From NCBI GenBank assembly GCA_043228905.1, contig JBHGNT010000005.1, positions 15,934,001 to 15,998,000 on the forward strand: a stretch of DNA of 64,000 nt, in the 5' to 3' direction. Under the pieces are notes generated by a model that did no database searches, was not told where the DNA came from, and worked only from the letters and a program-made list of their open reading frames with translations. Origin of the DNA: Azolla caroliniana (taxonomy: Eukaryota; Plantae; Polypodiophyta). Below, in pieces: positions 51,634 to 64,000 of this stretch (its first letter is position 1; every line of letters starts with the position of its first letter). The translations under genes were made by a program, and so were the position numbers.

Positions 51634-54600
51634 AATATCAACCTCCAGAGCAAAGGTGTTGCCGCACGAGCTCTAGTTTGGGCAAAATCCGAATTTGGCA
51701 CATCTTAGGGTGTTCGGTAGTATTGCATATGTGCATATACCAGACGAGAGACAAATGAAGCTGAATGCGAAGGACGAGAAGTGTATTCTCGTTGGCTATT
51801 TGCACAAGCAAAAGGGGTAGAAGTATTACAACCCTTGGAGAAAGCAAGTGCGGGTAAGCCACAAACATATCGTCTTTGACGAATCAGCGTTGTGGTATTC
51901 CCTTCCGTCTCTGACCCCTAAAGACTTCGAGTTGATTGCCGGAGAGGACACTAATGAGGTTGACTCTTTTAATGAGGAAGATATCAGAACTCTAATAGAG
52001 AGTCTGATCTAATTTCAGCTAAGTGGGCCGAATTGGAGACTGAGTCGGAATGAACAAATGGATAAGGAGCCGACAAGTAGTGGAGACTTGGTCGTGTAGT
52101 CCCCGCGCCAAAAACCGAGGGAAGGCTTATGCGTAAAGAGAAGAGAAAGATGAAAATGCCAGAATATGGCACCGAGGCCGGTGCTTCGGATTGGACTGAA
52201 TCCAACACGGCTAGGAGGAAAGATGGACCTTCAGAGATGAAGTTGGAGTTGGCCAAGACAACCATGAAATCGACGACGCAGAAGTTGCACCAATCAACCT
52301 GCCATAAGAGCCCTGTAATTCGGTACAGGTACAATGATTATATGGTGCATCATTAAGAGCATATGGGAAACGTGGCAGAAGTGAGTGAGCTAGAGAGCTA
52401 CATAGAGGCGGCCAAAGACGCGAATTGGCGTGCCGCTATGGAGGAAGAGATCTGCGCCTTAACAGAAAACGAGACATGGGACCTAGTTGATGCCCCCAAG
52501 GGTATAAAGTTGATCAGATGAAAATGGGTGTACAAGGTAAAGTACAATACCAACGGCTCCGTGAACTGGTACAAGGCCTAACTAGTGGTCAAGGGCTACC
52601 GGCAGCAACACGACATTGATTACGATCAGACATTTGCACCAGTCGCAAAGATGACAACTGTCTGTGTCTTGTTAGTGGTAGTTGCGGCAAAAGCATGGTA
52701 TCTACACCAAATGGATGTCAAGAACGCGTTCCTACAATGAGAGATTGAGGAACAGGTGTATATGGTGCAGCCTCTCGGATTTTAGTCCAGATTGAACATG
52801 TCGGCCATCTACCGACTAAAGAAATCCCTCTATGGACTCAAGCATGCCCTGCATGCTTGGAACGCGAAGATGACGCGGAGGTTGCGTAGGATGGGGTTTG
52901 CTCCGTCGAAGTTGGACTCTTCATTTTTCATCCAGTAGGGTCGAAATGGGCTGGTAAGCATTTTGTTATATGTAGATGAATTAGTCATCATCAGTGCCGA
53001 CCTGGAGGAAATCGGTTGTGTCAAGTCTTAGTTAGCCACGTCATTCGACATGAAGGATCTGGGGGACGTTCATTACTTCCTCAGGATCCAAGTGATCCCC
53101 ACCCAGAAGGCATACTCATTAGTAAACATCAATATGTTTTGAGTATGCTCCTCAAGTTTGGTATGACTGATTGTAAATCTGCCTCGACTACTCTGGATCA
53201 AAACATGAAGCTCCACCAAGGTTCGGGAATCGTGTGTGACACGACACGGTTTCGACAGATTGTCAGAAGCCTCATCTACTTGACCATCACCCGAATGGAC
53301 CTAAGCTATCCAATTGGCTTGATTAGTCAATTTATTTTGTAGCCGACTCTCGAACACCTTCAATGCGCATATAGGATCATGAGATGCGTCAATGACATTA
53401 GGTCGGCTACACAAATGCCAACTAGGTCGGAAATGTTGGTGATCGTCGATCGACTTCTGGATATACTTTCTCCTTGGGAAATGCAGCGATTGTGTTTATC
53501 TTGGGATGGACTTTTGCGGCAAACACAAGGTTTCCCTTTCTGGAACACGTCTCCAAAGGTGTGGTCGGAGAGATGGATTAATGTTTCATCACTCATATGA
53601 CTTATCCTGTTACCTTCCCGAATACATAGATCATATCTGACAATGCATTATACGCATAAGATTAGGAAAATAAGTATAGACGGCAAGTACACAAGATAAA
53701 CAATTTAGAATTATATTATTCGCTCATTACTCACTTGCTAATGCATACAATCCGGATCCTTTATATAGTATCCGGTCTAGGTACAAAACGGTGCATTCAC
53801 CGGTTATCCAAATACAAAACGGTGCGGATCCGATCGGTACATCTATCCGGATCCGTCCCTTCCTAATATATTTTCTCTATTATCTATTATCCGGCCTCCA
53901 GTTCATAGCTCCTGATCATACTCTCTTCCTTGGCAAACGCATGGCATGCCTGTGGGACAATGCATTGCATGTCGAACCCATGAGTCGTTCACCGCATCCT
54001 CCAATAGCTTCGTCGTTGTTTCCGGCAGCACCTTCTCCTGCAGTGCCAGGGCCTCTGTTTTGTCTTTCACTTCCGTGAAGGCTTCCTTAAGTATGTTACG
54101 TTGTCAGTCGCATTCTTTATCGAGATCTTTATGCTCATGGTACAATTTTCCAAAGTCCTCAGTTTTTTTTCTTTGAGGTGCCAGTTTCCTTGTGCTCGCA
54201 ACCAATCATCCATGTCCTTCTCTATTTGGAGTTCTTCTTTCAACTGTTCAATCTTTGTCTCTGCCATCCTCCAGAGCTTGTCCTTGTCTAGCTGAAGTGT
54301 GTCCTTATCCTCTTTCAGTTGGTCCAGGTTCCCTTGCATTCGCTGGAGTCCTTCTTCCATTCTCCTCTTCTTTTCCTCGGCCGATTTCCATTTCTGCTTT
54401 TCCTTTAATGCCGCTTGCACGACCAACTCATCCTACAAGGCTTCAAACTCTTTCTCCCATTCTCTTTCTTTTTCCGTTGTTTTGTTCACAACCGGTTCCT
54501 TCCTTGGACCCTCCTCCGGAATTGTGTCGGGTACCATTAACTCTAGCTCAGTTGTGTTGTCTTGGCCTAAATTTGCCTATATGGCCAATAACTCTTTGGC

Positions 54601-56731
54601 CCATTGCCACTCTTCCTCTAGTGTTTGAATATGGCTCCGAGCCTCCGACAATTGTTCGGTCATCGTTGTTATCTGCTCTATCTGTGTAGGCCCACATATC
54701 CATTCCCCGCGTTCTACTTCCACTTGTGATGCCACCCCGGTGACCTATTGTCCCAACCATTCCAGTAGTTGGCAACAAAATTGTGTTTATCTTGGGTTGG
54801 ACTTTAGCTGCAAACACAAGGTATCCTTTTCCAGAATACGTCCCCAAAGGTGTGGTTGAAGAGATGGATTAACTTTCCTCACTCATATAACTTATCCGGT
54901 TACCTTCCAGAATACATAAATCATATTCGACAATGCATTATACACGTAAGATTAGTAAAATAAGTAGAGACATCAAGTACACAAGATAAAACAATTCAGA
55001 ATTATATTACTTGCTCATTGCTCGCTTGCTAATACATACAATTCAGATTCTTTATATAGGTATCCGGTCTAGGTACAAAATGGTGCATTCACCGGCTATC
55101 CGAATACAAAATTGTGCGGATCCGGATTCGTCGCTTTCTAGTTTATATTTTATCTATTATCTATTATCCAACTTCTAGTTCACACCTCTAGATCATACTC
55201 TTCTTTGGCCAACATATTACACGGAGCAGCAATAAGCCGTCGACAGTAGCACTGTCAAGTACTAAGGCCGAATACCGAAGAGTGGTTGTCACGACATGCG
55301 AAACCATATGGCTCAAGAGGCTCTTGAAGGATCTACGTGTGGAGGTGTCTAAACCGACATTGATATATGGCGACATCCTCAGCAGAATCCAAGTTGAGAA
55401 AAACCCCATTTTCCACGCCCGGACGAACCACATTGAGGTGCACTATCATTTTGTCCGTGAGCGCGTTCTCTCTGGTGAGATGGAACTCACCAAACCTCTC
55501 GGCCTAGAAAAGTTACGGAAATTCTAGGTGCACTTGGCTTGCAACACTTAGACATGTTGAACTTGAGGGGGAGAAGTCGGAAAGCAAGGGCAAGAGGAAG
55601 AGAGATGATGTCCAGAGAGACGAATTGGATGTGGAATTCAATTTTAGAATGGTTGAAGAAGCCATAGATAGATGTAGGGGGAGCGGCCAAAAGAAAGAGC
55701 TAGAGCTAGAGCCAACCAAACAAGGGGGAAGTAGAGCCGAGAAAGCCAAGGTAGGTTGTAGAGCCAACCGACTTGAAGATAAAGGCCAGGACCAAGACAT
55801 GGTCATATGTGGTCAAGGGTTGAAGGAAGACAAATAGGAGATAGCTAATTCGGGCAAGAGTAGGAACATATTAGAGATAGCCGGTTTGATCAAAAGTTAT
55901 ATAATTCGGAAGAGCCAAATGGTGTGAAGGCCAACGGACAACGAGGTTGCCAAAACTAATGCTGAAATGGAGGAATCGACAGGTCAAGGGGCGCCAATGC
56001 CGCAATGGCGAGGGAGCTAACAAGGGCCTGAACAACACACAATCCGACCGAGCAAGTCGAGGTGCACAAACCCATACGAGTCAAGGAGCATTGGACCGCA
56101 GTGGTCGTGGGATGTGGGAGAGGATCACATGTAGAGCACGATCTAGGCGAGAGGATGCTAGGAGGAGTCGGTTGCAAGGACCGGCTAAATCTGACACAAT
56201 GGACTGACCTTAAGTTGAGTTTGAGAGGGAGTGTTGAGCGAGGAGGCTCAGCATGGGCTGGATTGGTTGGATGAACCGGTATGTCAGACCGGAATTGATG
56301 TGGTTTGTCCACTTACCGGACCAGATACCGGATCGCTGAAGAAGCCGGCTACCGGATCTGGATGTGCGATACGGATGTCGGATACGAACCAGATGACAAA
56401 GCAACTGAGGATGTCGTTTGGAACATCATGCATGCCGAGTGGACCTATTTTATTAAATAAGTTCAATGTAGGAAATTAGTGTTAGATGCTCTTAAGTGAG
56501 CATTAAAGTACTGGTAGTAGTTGTGTCAGTCCACTATCAAGGCTTGTATAAAAATGCTCATTGAGCACGGTGTATGTAGAGAGAAATTTTTTCTAATAGA
56601 AGTTTTGTTGTCTGCTTTCCTCTATCTCTCTCACTGAGTATCTCCATTCCCTACGTATACCTAACTGTTGCCTTCCGGATAACGGATTGTGTTCTATGTT
56701 TCGCATAAGCTTCCGCACGTATTCTTTTACA
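51634..56731 (+). mobile_element. Ty1/copia element E (decayed INT end, RT, RH); 3' LTR 56232-56731
   Basis: [43 protein letters not shown]; PPT TTGAGAGGGAG before TGTTG; ends TTACA. Confidence 0.87.
53493..55214 (+). mobile_element. Small LTR element H (1.7 kb): LTRs 53493-53939 and 54784-55214, PBS-like TGGCATGCCTGTGGGAC, antisense coiled-coil ORF
   Basis: Two ~440-bp direct repeats splitting the copia E RNase H motif AAI/.SS; imperfect TSD GATTG/TATTA. Confidence 0.75.
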
Positions 56732-58210
56732 GTGAGTGACAAACTATTGTGTCAAAGCATCGAAGGATGCTTGGGGAAATCTGAAGATCTTCGTCGCAAC
56801 CACCACATCCAGAAAGCTATAGCTTAGAGAGGAGTTGAGCAATGTCCGACAAAGAGACATGTTGGTGGCTGATTACACCTCCAGAATCAAGGAGATTGTA
56901 GGACTCGCTCAAGTCTATCAACGTGATTGTTGAAGAAGATGAGATGGTGCAAGTCTGTCTTGGAAGTTTGGTGCAAAAGTTTGGATCATTCCAAATGGCG
57001 GTCTACATGAGAGAGAATATACCATCCTTTTTCGAGCTGCATTGAATGCTTCTCATTGAAAAGAACCACACATGTGCGTCAATGAGCATGCATGCAGACA
57101 TCAAGATGTTGTACACGAAGTGGGTCAGCCAAATGGTCATGGTGGACAAGGCGGTCGACAGAAGGAGAACCAAAGGCATAATGGACATGCCGCTGACATT
57201 CAAGGCAGTGCTAGAGGCAAGCAAGGGAAGGCCACAACAAATTGTTGGTACTGTGGCCGGAAGCATGCCAATTTAGGCAGAATTGGATCGAGTCGGGCTG
57301 ATGCAGATAGGCGTCACAGATCAGACTTTACTGAAGGCTCAAGGGGAGCCAAAACGAGTCGAATCATATGACAAACCATGTCGAATAGTTCTCGAGCTTG
57401 GAAAAATTAGAATAGTCGAGCGTTGTCAAGACCGGCAACAACAATGTGCACCCCATCAAACACGTGGGTGATGTACCGCTCAGTCATGTCGGATAGATGG
57501 GCCTGATGCAGAACGTGTTGCATGTCCCTTCAATTGTGAAGAACTTGATATCTGTCAAACAAATTGTCAATCAGGGTATACGTGTCTCATTTAATCACCA
57601 TGGCTACTTCATCAAGGATGAGTGCCCGTTGATCGCGTGTGGGCGTAGAGATGGGAGGATGTTTATCCTCGAAACCAATGATGTTGGTGTTGCTATATTT
57701 GTGAAAGGACAAAAGGTCAAATCCAACATTGACCTATAGCACAAGCGGATCAACCACATCAACTATAAGAACCTTCAAGAACTACTGCAGTTCAAACAAG
57801 TAGTTTCTAGACTACCCAAGTTCAGTGCCTCGAAGGCCCAGATATGTGAAACTTGCCAGCTCAGGAAGCAACATAGGCTTCCATTCCCCGATGAGAAGAA
57901 TCGAAGTCGGAATCGCCTCGATCTAATCCACACATATGTATGGGGACTAGTAAGTTGTGTGAGCATGGACAGAAGCCGATAATTCGTCTCCTTCATTGAT
58001 GATTTTAGTTGACACACTTGGGTCTATCGAGAAGAAGAGGGAAGTCTTCTTATGTTTCCAGGATTTAAAGAACCTTGTTGAAAGGGAAACTGAAAAGAAA
58101 GATCAAGTGTCTAAGATCAAATGGCGGAAAGGAATACTTTTCTGGACAGTTGACGAGCTATCTGTAGAAAAAGGGGATCCGAAGGGAGTTCTCCTGCACA
58201 TAAATGCCAG
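56732..58210 (+). pseudogene. Ty1/copia gag-protease-integrase fragment (J), related to family B
   Basis: DAWGNLKIF, EMVQVCLG, CWYCG, NVLHVPSIVKNLISVKQIV, SFIDDFS. Confidence 0.85.
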
Positions 58211-58870
58211 ATCAAAACTATTGTCTCTATCGACTGACACAATGACTCGAACGTCCTACTTTCTAAGTCATTATGTCAAGAAGATTGTGGTTGGAGATAC
58301 GTTGTTTGTCAACACTAATTACTTACTGAAATCTTTGCGTAAACAACGGTGACTTAAAACTTGACTACAATGATTAGAACATAAATTCTGGAATGACTGT
58401 TAGTTATATAATATAATCTGTGTAATAGATAAATGTATCCAAACATCGCCTATTCGGCAAGAACCTACAGTTACACTAATTATCCAATTTTTAACTATTC
58501 TATTTTCTACTTGGCAAAAATATGACATTTGACATCTATCATTTCCCACTTCTCCGACTCTAACTCCTCTTGTCGACCTTTCGGGGAGCCGACCGGCTAA
58601 CACATGGCACACCCGTGGGACAGTGCCTTACACGGTCAAACCCCACACTCAATCTTGGTTGTCCTCTTCGGCCTTGTGAGCTTCTTGCTCATCATCGTTT
58701 GTGCCATTCTCCTCTACTTCATCTGCTTCATCTGCATCATCATCGTCATTTAGGATATCCGGCAGGGTAGGTTATTCTTCATCCTGATCCGCAACGTCGC
58801 CCAGAACTGGTTGACTTTCTTCTTGTTGTGATTGCTCCGTTGTCAGCCTCCGACTCCAGTCTTTGGTTTG
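58211..58870 (+). mobile_element. Probable LTR remnant plus PBS TGGCACACCCGTGGGAC (near 58605), followed by an antisense acidic ORF end (H-like)
   Basis: ...CTAACA-CA-TGGCACACCCGTGGGACA mirrors the H junction ...AAACG-CA-TGGCATGCCTGTGGGACA; left boundary uncertain. Confidence 0.45.
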
Positions 58871-59989
58871 CCTAACTTATGCGTACAGTGTTGCCTGACT
58901 CCCACCCATCAACACTTGGCGTGCCCTACAAGCAACCTCGCTTGAAGAAGAAATCGATGAATCATAGGATACAGAAGTTCCCACCCCATCAAGATCTGTG
59001 ATTAATTCCATTGCAACTAACATGCCTAATGATGGTGATTGTAGAGATGGAAATGGAGACGGTGATGGTGATGATGATGAGGTGGATGACAGTAGGGTAA
59101 AAGTATGCAAGTGGAAACACTATTATAGCTAATTAGGTACTAAAATGGCCACAACTAATTAGCTATTTGTTTAGTTAGTTTTTTGTGGGCAAATCATAAG
59201 GATGGTTTACGAAATTTTATGTTTTATTAGTTAAATACATGTCATTTAAGTTATGAGAATACTCAAATATTTGAACTTTGGTTTTTGACGTAGTGGAACT
59301 TGGGGAATAGTGCCATCATCTAAGGTCAACTTGAATGTCATCAAATTCCTGATAATTTTGAGTTCGAGTTCGAACTCCAAACAGATGGAGTACTCTGAGC
59401 ATGAACGCAAACGAAGCTCCCGCAGTAGCACAAAAATTCTAAGATCGACATTGCACCTTCAAAGCTACAACACACGACCAAGTAGATCTTCGTCCAAGTA
59501 TGTATCAGTTACATATTAAAAAATCTATTTTTTTTCCTTTCTGATAACTGTCTATAACTTTGGTGCCTATTCATCTTTCCCAAAAATTGAATAGGGCGAA
59601 GTCGTTGGAGTCCCAAACAAGGATGTCTCGAAGATCGGGGTGTAGTAGTAGGTGTGTTTTTTATTGACAAAATGGCGTATTATGGTTGATTTCTGCCTTT
59701 AGTGATGATTAGGGTTTGTGTTTTCCTTAAGTGCTTTAGGGTTTTTAATTACAAATTTCAGATTACATGTTTATGGTTACAATTTTCTAATTACAAATTA
59801 GTCATACAAATTGTCATGACAAATTCTGATTAGGGTTTTTGATTTTTTAAGTGGTTGATTTCTGATACATGTTGAAAAGGACAGATTACAAATTTCAAAT
59901 TACTATCTCAAAATGTTGTAATTTTGCACCAAATTCACATTAAAAATTCTGTTTTGGCACCAATTCTGATTACTGATTTTCTATTTCAG

Positions 59990-61250
59990 GTGGCTCATTC
60001 CTCCCTATCCTAGAGTGTTGAATTTCGCAAAATTTTGCGAGACAAAGGAGGACTTTCACAACATATATGGTCTGTCGCTCGAGGGTATTGACCCTGTTGT
60101 TCTAATAGATAGATTGATTAGTGATGTAGACTGGATGTCAGTATATAAAGTGGCTAGAGTGAAAGGCAAGCTCAAGCTCAAGCATGTACGACTACACTTG
60201 TACGACGACTGCATGAGACTACACCAGAAAGTACATCAAGAGATCCCGGTCAACAACGAGTTGTCCGTTTCATTTGCTAGAGCTTTTGCATACGAGTATT
60301 GCAAAACAACGAAGGAATCTTGTGACCCTGAAATGTATAGGGTAGTTGGGCAATTTATGGTGAGGCATCGGTAGAAAGATGTCGGAAGATGGGGAACTTG
60401 CAACAAAAAATGGCAAGATTTTGGAGCATGGCAATTGATGATGCAACTACCGATGATACAGGTGAGGCATTAATTAGCTATATACTAAAAAATGTTCATG
60501 AAGCCTATGAGACATTGGAGTTTTTTAAGGCTAATTTAGAGAAAGCAACATTGGTTGTTGCGATGGAGAGCAAAGTCACTTTGGCAGTTACAACAATCAG
60601 AAATAAGATTCAGGTACCTACTGTTTTGCTAGTATGTAATATGTTATAAATAACTTGTGCATGAAAATGTGCTAGTAAGGCATTATTTGGAACAGGTTGC
60701 TCAATATGAGCTTGAAATTGAGGGGTCGTTGAATCCCCAACGGAAAATTCAATTGTAGATAGAGATCCATGTTCTTTCAATGAACATGGACCTTCTAGGT
60801 GTAAATATTGTCGTTGATTACAATTTGGACAAGCTACAACTAAGTTGATGATTATTGTTTCTTGTTGTTGTATCTTCCTCATTAAGGAATAATCAATTGG
60901 TAAATTTCTCGGTTGCGTTGAAGGAACAATACTCCCGTCAAGAATAGGTAGTTAGTTGCCTTAAGAAGTAGCTACATTTTGTGGAGGGGATGGTAAGGAG
61001 CAGACAAGAATTGGACCTGAACATTCTTGCTCCCTTACCAAATGAAGGAGAACGGGGAAACGATATATTGATTGTTCAAGCATGTTGCATCGCTTGCGGA
61101 TTATGTGTAGAAGACAAATCTGCTACTCTGTTAGTTCACCTACAACCATGTCAGCACACTTACCATATCGTTTGTTTTTCAATATGTCTGTCGGATTGTT
61201 GCATTCTATTTGGGGGATTGAAGTACAACTCTCCTAGATGACTGGAGAAA
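59990..61250 (+). pseudogene. Decayed gene: NNE.S..FARA domain, helical region, RING-like finger (homolog of 37080-38060)
   Basis: Splice acceptor TTTCAG before 59990; LHQKVHQEIPVNNELSVSFARAFAYEY; CIACG...QPCQHTYHIVC. Confidence 0.6.
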
Positions 61251-61419
61251 ACAGGTAAAATTGCTGCTTATGACCATAGTGTAGTTAATTAGTTACATCT
61301 TTCCTAATTAGGTAAAGATGGTTATGGGCAACAACAATACACAAAAATATTCCGCAATACACAAGATTATACACAACAATACACAAGATAATCAATAGAC
61401 AGAATAGTCATTGAAATCC

Positions 61420-61895
61420 AAGAACGAACAATGGCGGTAATCGAGGGTCGAATATTGGCGACAGTGGAGGAGTGAACTCCGTTTGATCTAACAGTTTTGG
61501 CAATCCAAGACCGAACAATGGCGGCAACTAAGTGTAGAATGATGGTAATGGAGGAATGAACTTCGTCAAATCGAACAATGGCAAATGATGCTTGGAACGC
61601 ATAGTGACGACAACTGAGAGTGGAATGGCAGTAGTGGAGACGAAGTTAACTCCGTTGGATCAAAAAGTGATAGCAATATACGACTTTCACAGTAGCAGCA
61701 ATTGAGTGTAGAGTGGCGGCAATGGAGGAGTGAACTTGGTAGATAATGCTTTGACTAAACAGTGGCGGCAACTGAGTGTAGAATGGCGGCAATGGAAGAG
61801 TCAACTCCATCGAATCAAACAGTGACAGATAATACTTGGACTACACAGTGTCAGTAACTGAGTGTAGAATGGCAGCAATGGAAGAGTGGACTCAA
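61420..61895. repeat. About 86-bp degenerate tandem repeat, about 6 copies
   Basis: AACAGTGGCGGCAACTGAGTGTAGAATGGCGGCAATGGAGGAGTGAACTCC-like unit near 61427, 61515, 61600, 61688, 61758 and 61843. Confidence 0.8.
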
Positions 61896-63585
61896 TAGGG
61901 TTTAGCAACAATGGTAGTAATCTATGCCAAAATACTCAACCATAGATGGCCCACGTGATGTGGCAAAAGATCATGCATAATGAACCTAAGAATTCGGTAT
62001 ACAATTTATGGTGCACATATCAATTTATGTTGCACGTTTATGATGCTCATTTATATAATTAAAACTCTCTACTTTTTTCAATGGTAGTTTTTTAAATAGC
62101 TAATTTATCAATAGTAACTTTTTGCAAAAATGACTATTTATCAACGGTAGCTTTTTGCATAGCTAATTAGCTATCTCAAGTAGATAGCTACATGCTTTCA
62201 CCCATTAATGATCATATTGTTGTAGATGGGAAGAATGAAATTAATGGCGATGGTGAGGAGGAGGAGGTTGGGGCGTTGAATATAATGCCATGTAGTCATA
62301 CAATTTCGCGACCTACAAAAGGAGATTCTTCTCACATCAAGCTGTGGGTGGACATGGAAAAAGCCACAGGAGAACTAGAGGATGTTATGCAGCTGCCCAA
62401 TTCCTCCATCATCCCCATAAAGACGATCATGATCTTCAACCTCATAATTTCAACGGGAGCGATCATCAGAATGCCATCCCTGATCTTGGAAGAATTCCTC
62501 AGTATGATGATTCATCCCATCATCATCACGCAGATCATGCTTCTAGTTGTTCAGCTATTGAATCTAATTAGAAGAAGGAATGGAAGGTCTCCATAGCTCA
62601 CACAGATCCCATCCAACCAGTTCATGGATAGTTAATTACCATATCTTCATTGTGTTCTCAACGCCATCCATTACAGCCTGCAACTAAAGATTCTGGGGTT
62701 AAGAAGAAGACCATAGCTCTCACTATGAATTGCGATTGCAGCTACAGGCACGGTGGCCATGGCTATGGCCACGCCTATGATGCTGAAGCTTCCTTCTTCT
62801 GGCTACGAAAATCAGAAACAGGTGAAAGAATGGGACTCTGTTGAAGAAGAAGAAGATGATCGATATCCATAGGAGGACGAAGGTATAGGAACCGTGGCGA
62901 CTTGTTGGCCATGGTAATAGACCTGTGACTCGCTGTCTATGTATTGAAAGCTCGCTCTGTTAGGGTTATGTACAGACGGATATGGAGAGGAGACCGGTTC
63001 TCCAAAGATTTACATTGAAGCCTTCGATCGTTACATCTTGGACATGGATGGTTGTTTGGTTCAACGCAGTGAATGGAAGAAGAACTAGTGCTGAAGCCAG
63101 ACATGGCATCGGAATTAGGGTTGTTATTTCTCTGGATAGAACTTCTTCAACATAGACAGCAAGATTCAACGAATGAATGTGAGAATGAAGTTGCAAAGAA
63201 ATCAATTAATTAGCGAATTAGGGTTATGGTTATGATCTTGGCTCTACCATCTGGTTGCGGAGAATGGAAGGAGAAGCTGCAAAGAAAAGACATTCACTAG
63301 AGATGGAGGGTTAGGGTCAGGATTGAACTAAGGATGAAACAAAAGAAGAAAAGAAAGAAAACAGAAAAGAGAGAAGAAAGGGGGCATAATGAAAATTTCA
63401 AAAACATGAGGGCATACAACCAAGGGCAGATAATCAAATTTCAAAAGCTCAAGGACATCGAAAGAATTCAAAAACTCGAGGGCACGCTATAAATCCCAAT
63501 ATATCAAAGGGCATTGACAAAATTTTATAAACTCGCAACTCACATTAAAATAAAGAAAAACACATACACATACATACAACATCAT

Positions 63586-64000
63586 TGTAAGACCGAAAAA
63601 AGAGCACCGAAGTTTTTATGTTCACGGATGTGCCGACCGATCGAGCGGTTCGTGTCGTTGAAATATAAGTTCGTGTTACGCGTGCTCCGGTCGATGGAGT
63701 TCCGACCAACACGATGGGAGGAGACTAAGGGAATTCCGGTCGATTAAGTTCCGGTCCAAGGACCGTTCTTCGTGTTCATTAAAGACATGTGGGTTCAGCC
63801 GTGCAAGGCACTGTCCCACGGGCGTGGCATAGTGTTATCCGTGGGATTGTAAGTGTATGAGTATATAAGTGGGATGGTACGTGGATAGATAAGTGTAAAG
63901 TCTTTGTATTAAAACTAATGTTGTAAGTGTCCAAGTGTGCATAAGAGTGAGTGTGAGTATATTAATATGTGTAAACACATGCACATTTATGTGAATGTGT
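63586..64000 (+). repeat. Possible start of another LTR (TGTAAGACC...)
   Basis: Abrupt compositional change at TGTAA and TATATAA at 63862; no partner in the window. Confidence 0.3.

Noticed and set aside
59700-59840. TTAGGGTTT telomere-like motifs
   Set aside because: Isolated telobox-like words, not an array
62192-62844. Possible host gene exons
   Set aside because: Low-complexity short frames with no recognisable domain; cannot be supported

Overview
This is eukaryotic, plant-type heterochromatic DNA, probably from a non-seed land plant such as a moss, fern or lycophyte (inferred from the element types). Nearly the whole window is nested transposable elements and I see no host gene. Reconstructed nesting: a LINE (40051-42272) was hit by chromodomain Ty3/gypsy F (5523-6072 and 39022-40050). 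F was hit by Ty1/copia B1, which was itself hit by copia A1, and by a Sola2-like DNA transposon (6073-39021; GGG termini, 4-bp TSD). The Sola2-like element contains two tRNA-Trp-primed gypsy elements. C (9703-22484) holds a rearranged copia-B nest. D (24646-35342) holds a young gag-only derivative D' with an intact 683-aa ORF. Further right are copia A2, an Athila/Tat-like gypsy G, copia E, a small LTR element H with an antisense coiled-coil ORF, copia J and a decayed unclassified element. Three signals stand out. (1) A tRNA-like A-box/B-box (Pol III) cassette lies antisense in all five full LTRs of the tRNA-Trp-primed gypsy families. (2) The Sola2-like element carries a second, convergent gene (unknown 'NNE.S..FARA...E' domain, coiled coil, RING) plus AGTACT-rich arrays, and a homologous gene occurs at about 60-61 kb. 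(3) D' is a gag-only element. All family names come from motif recognition by eye; no database search was run.
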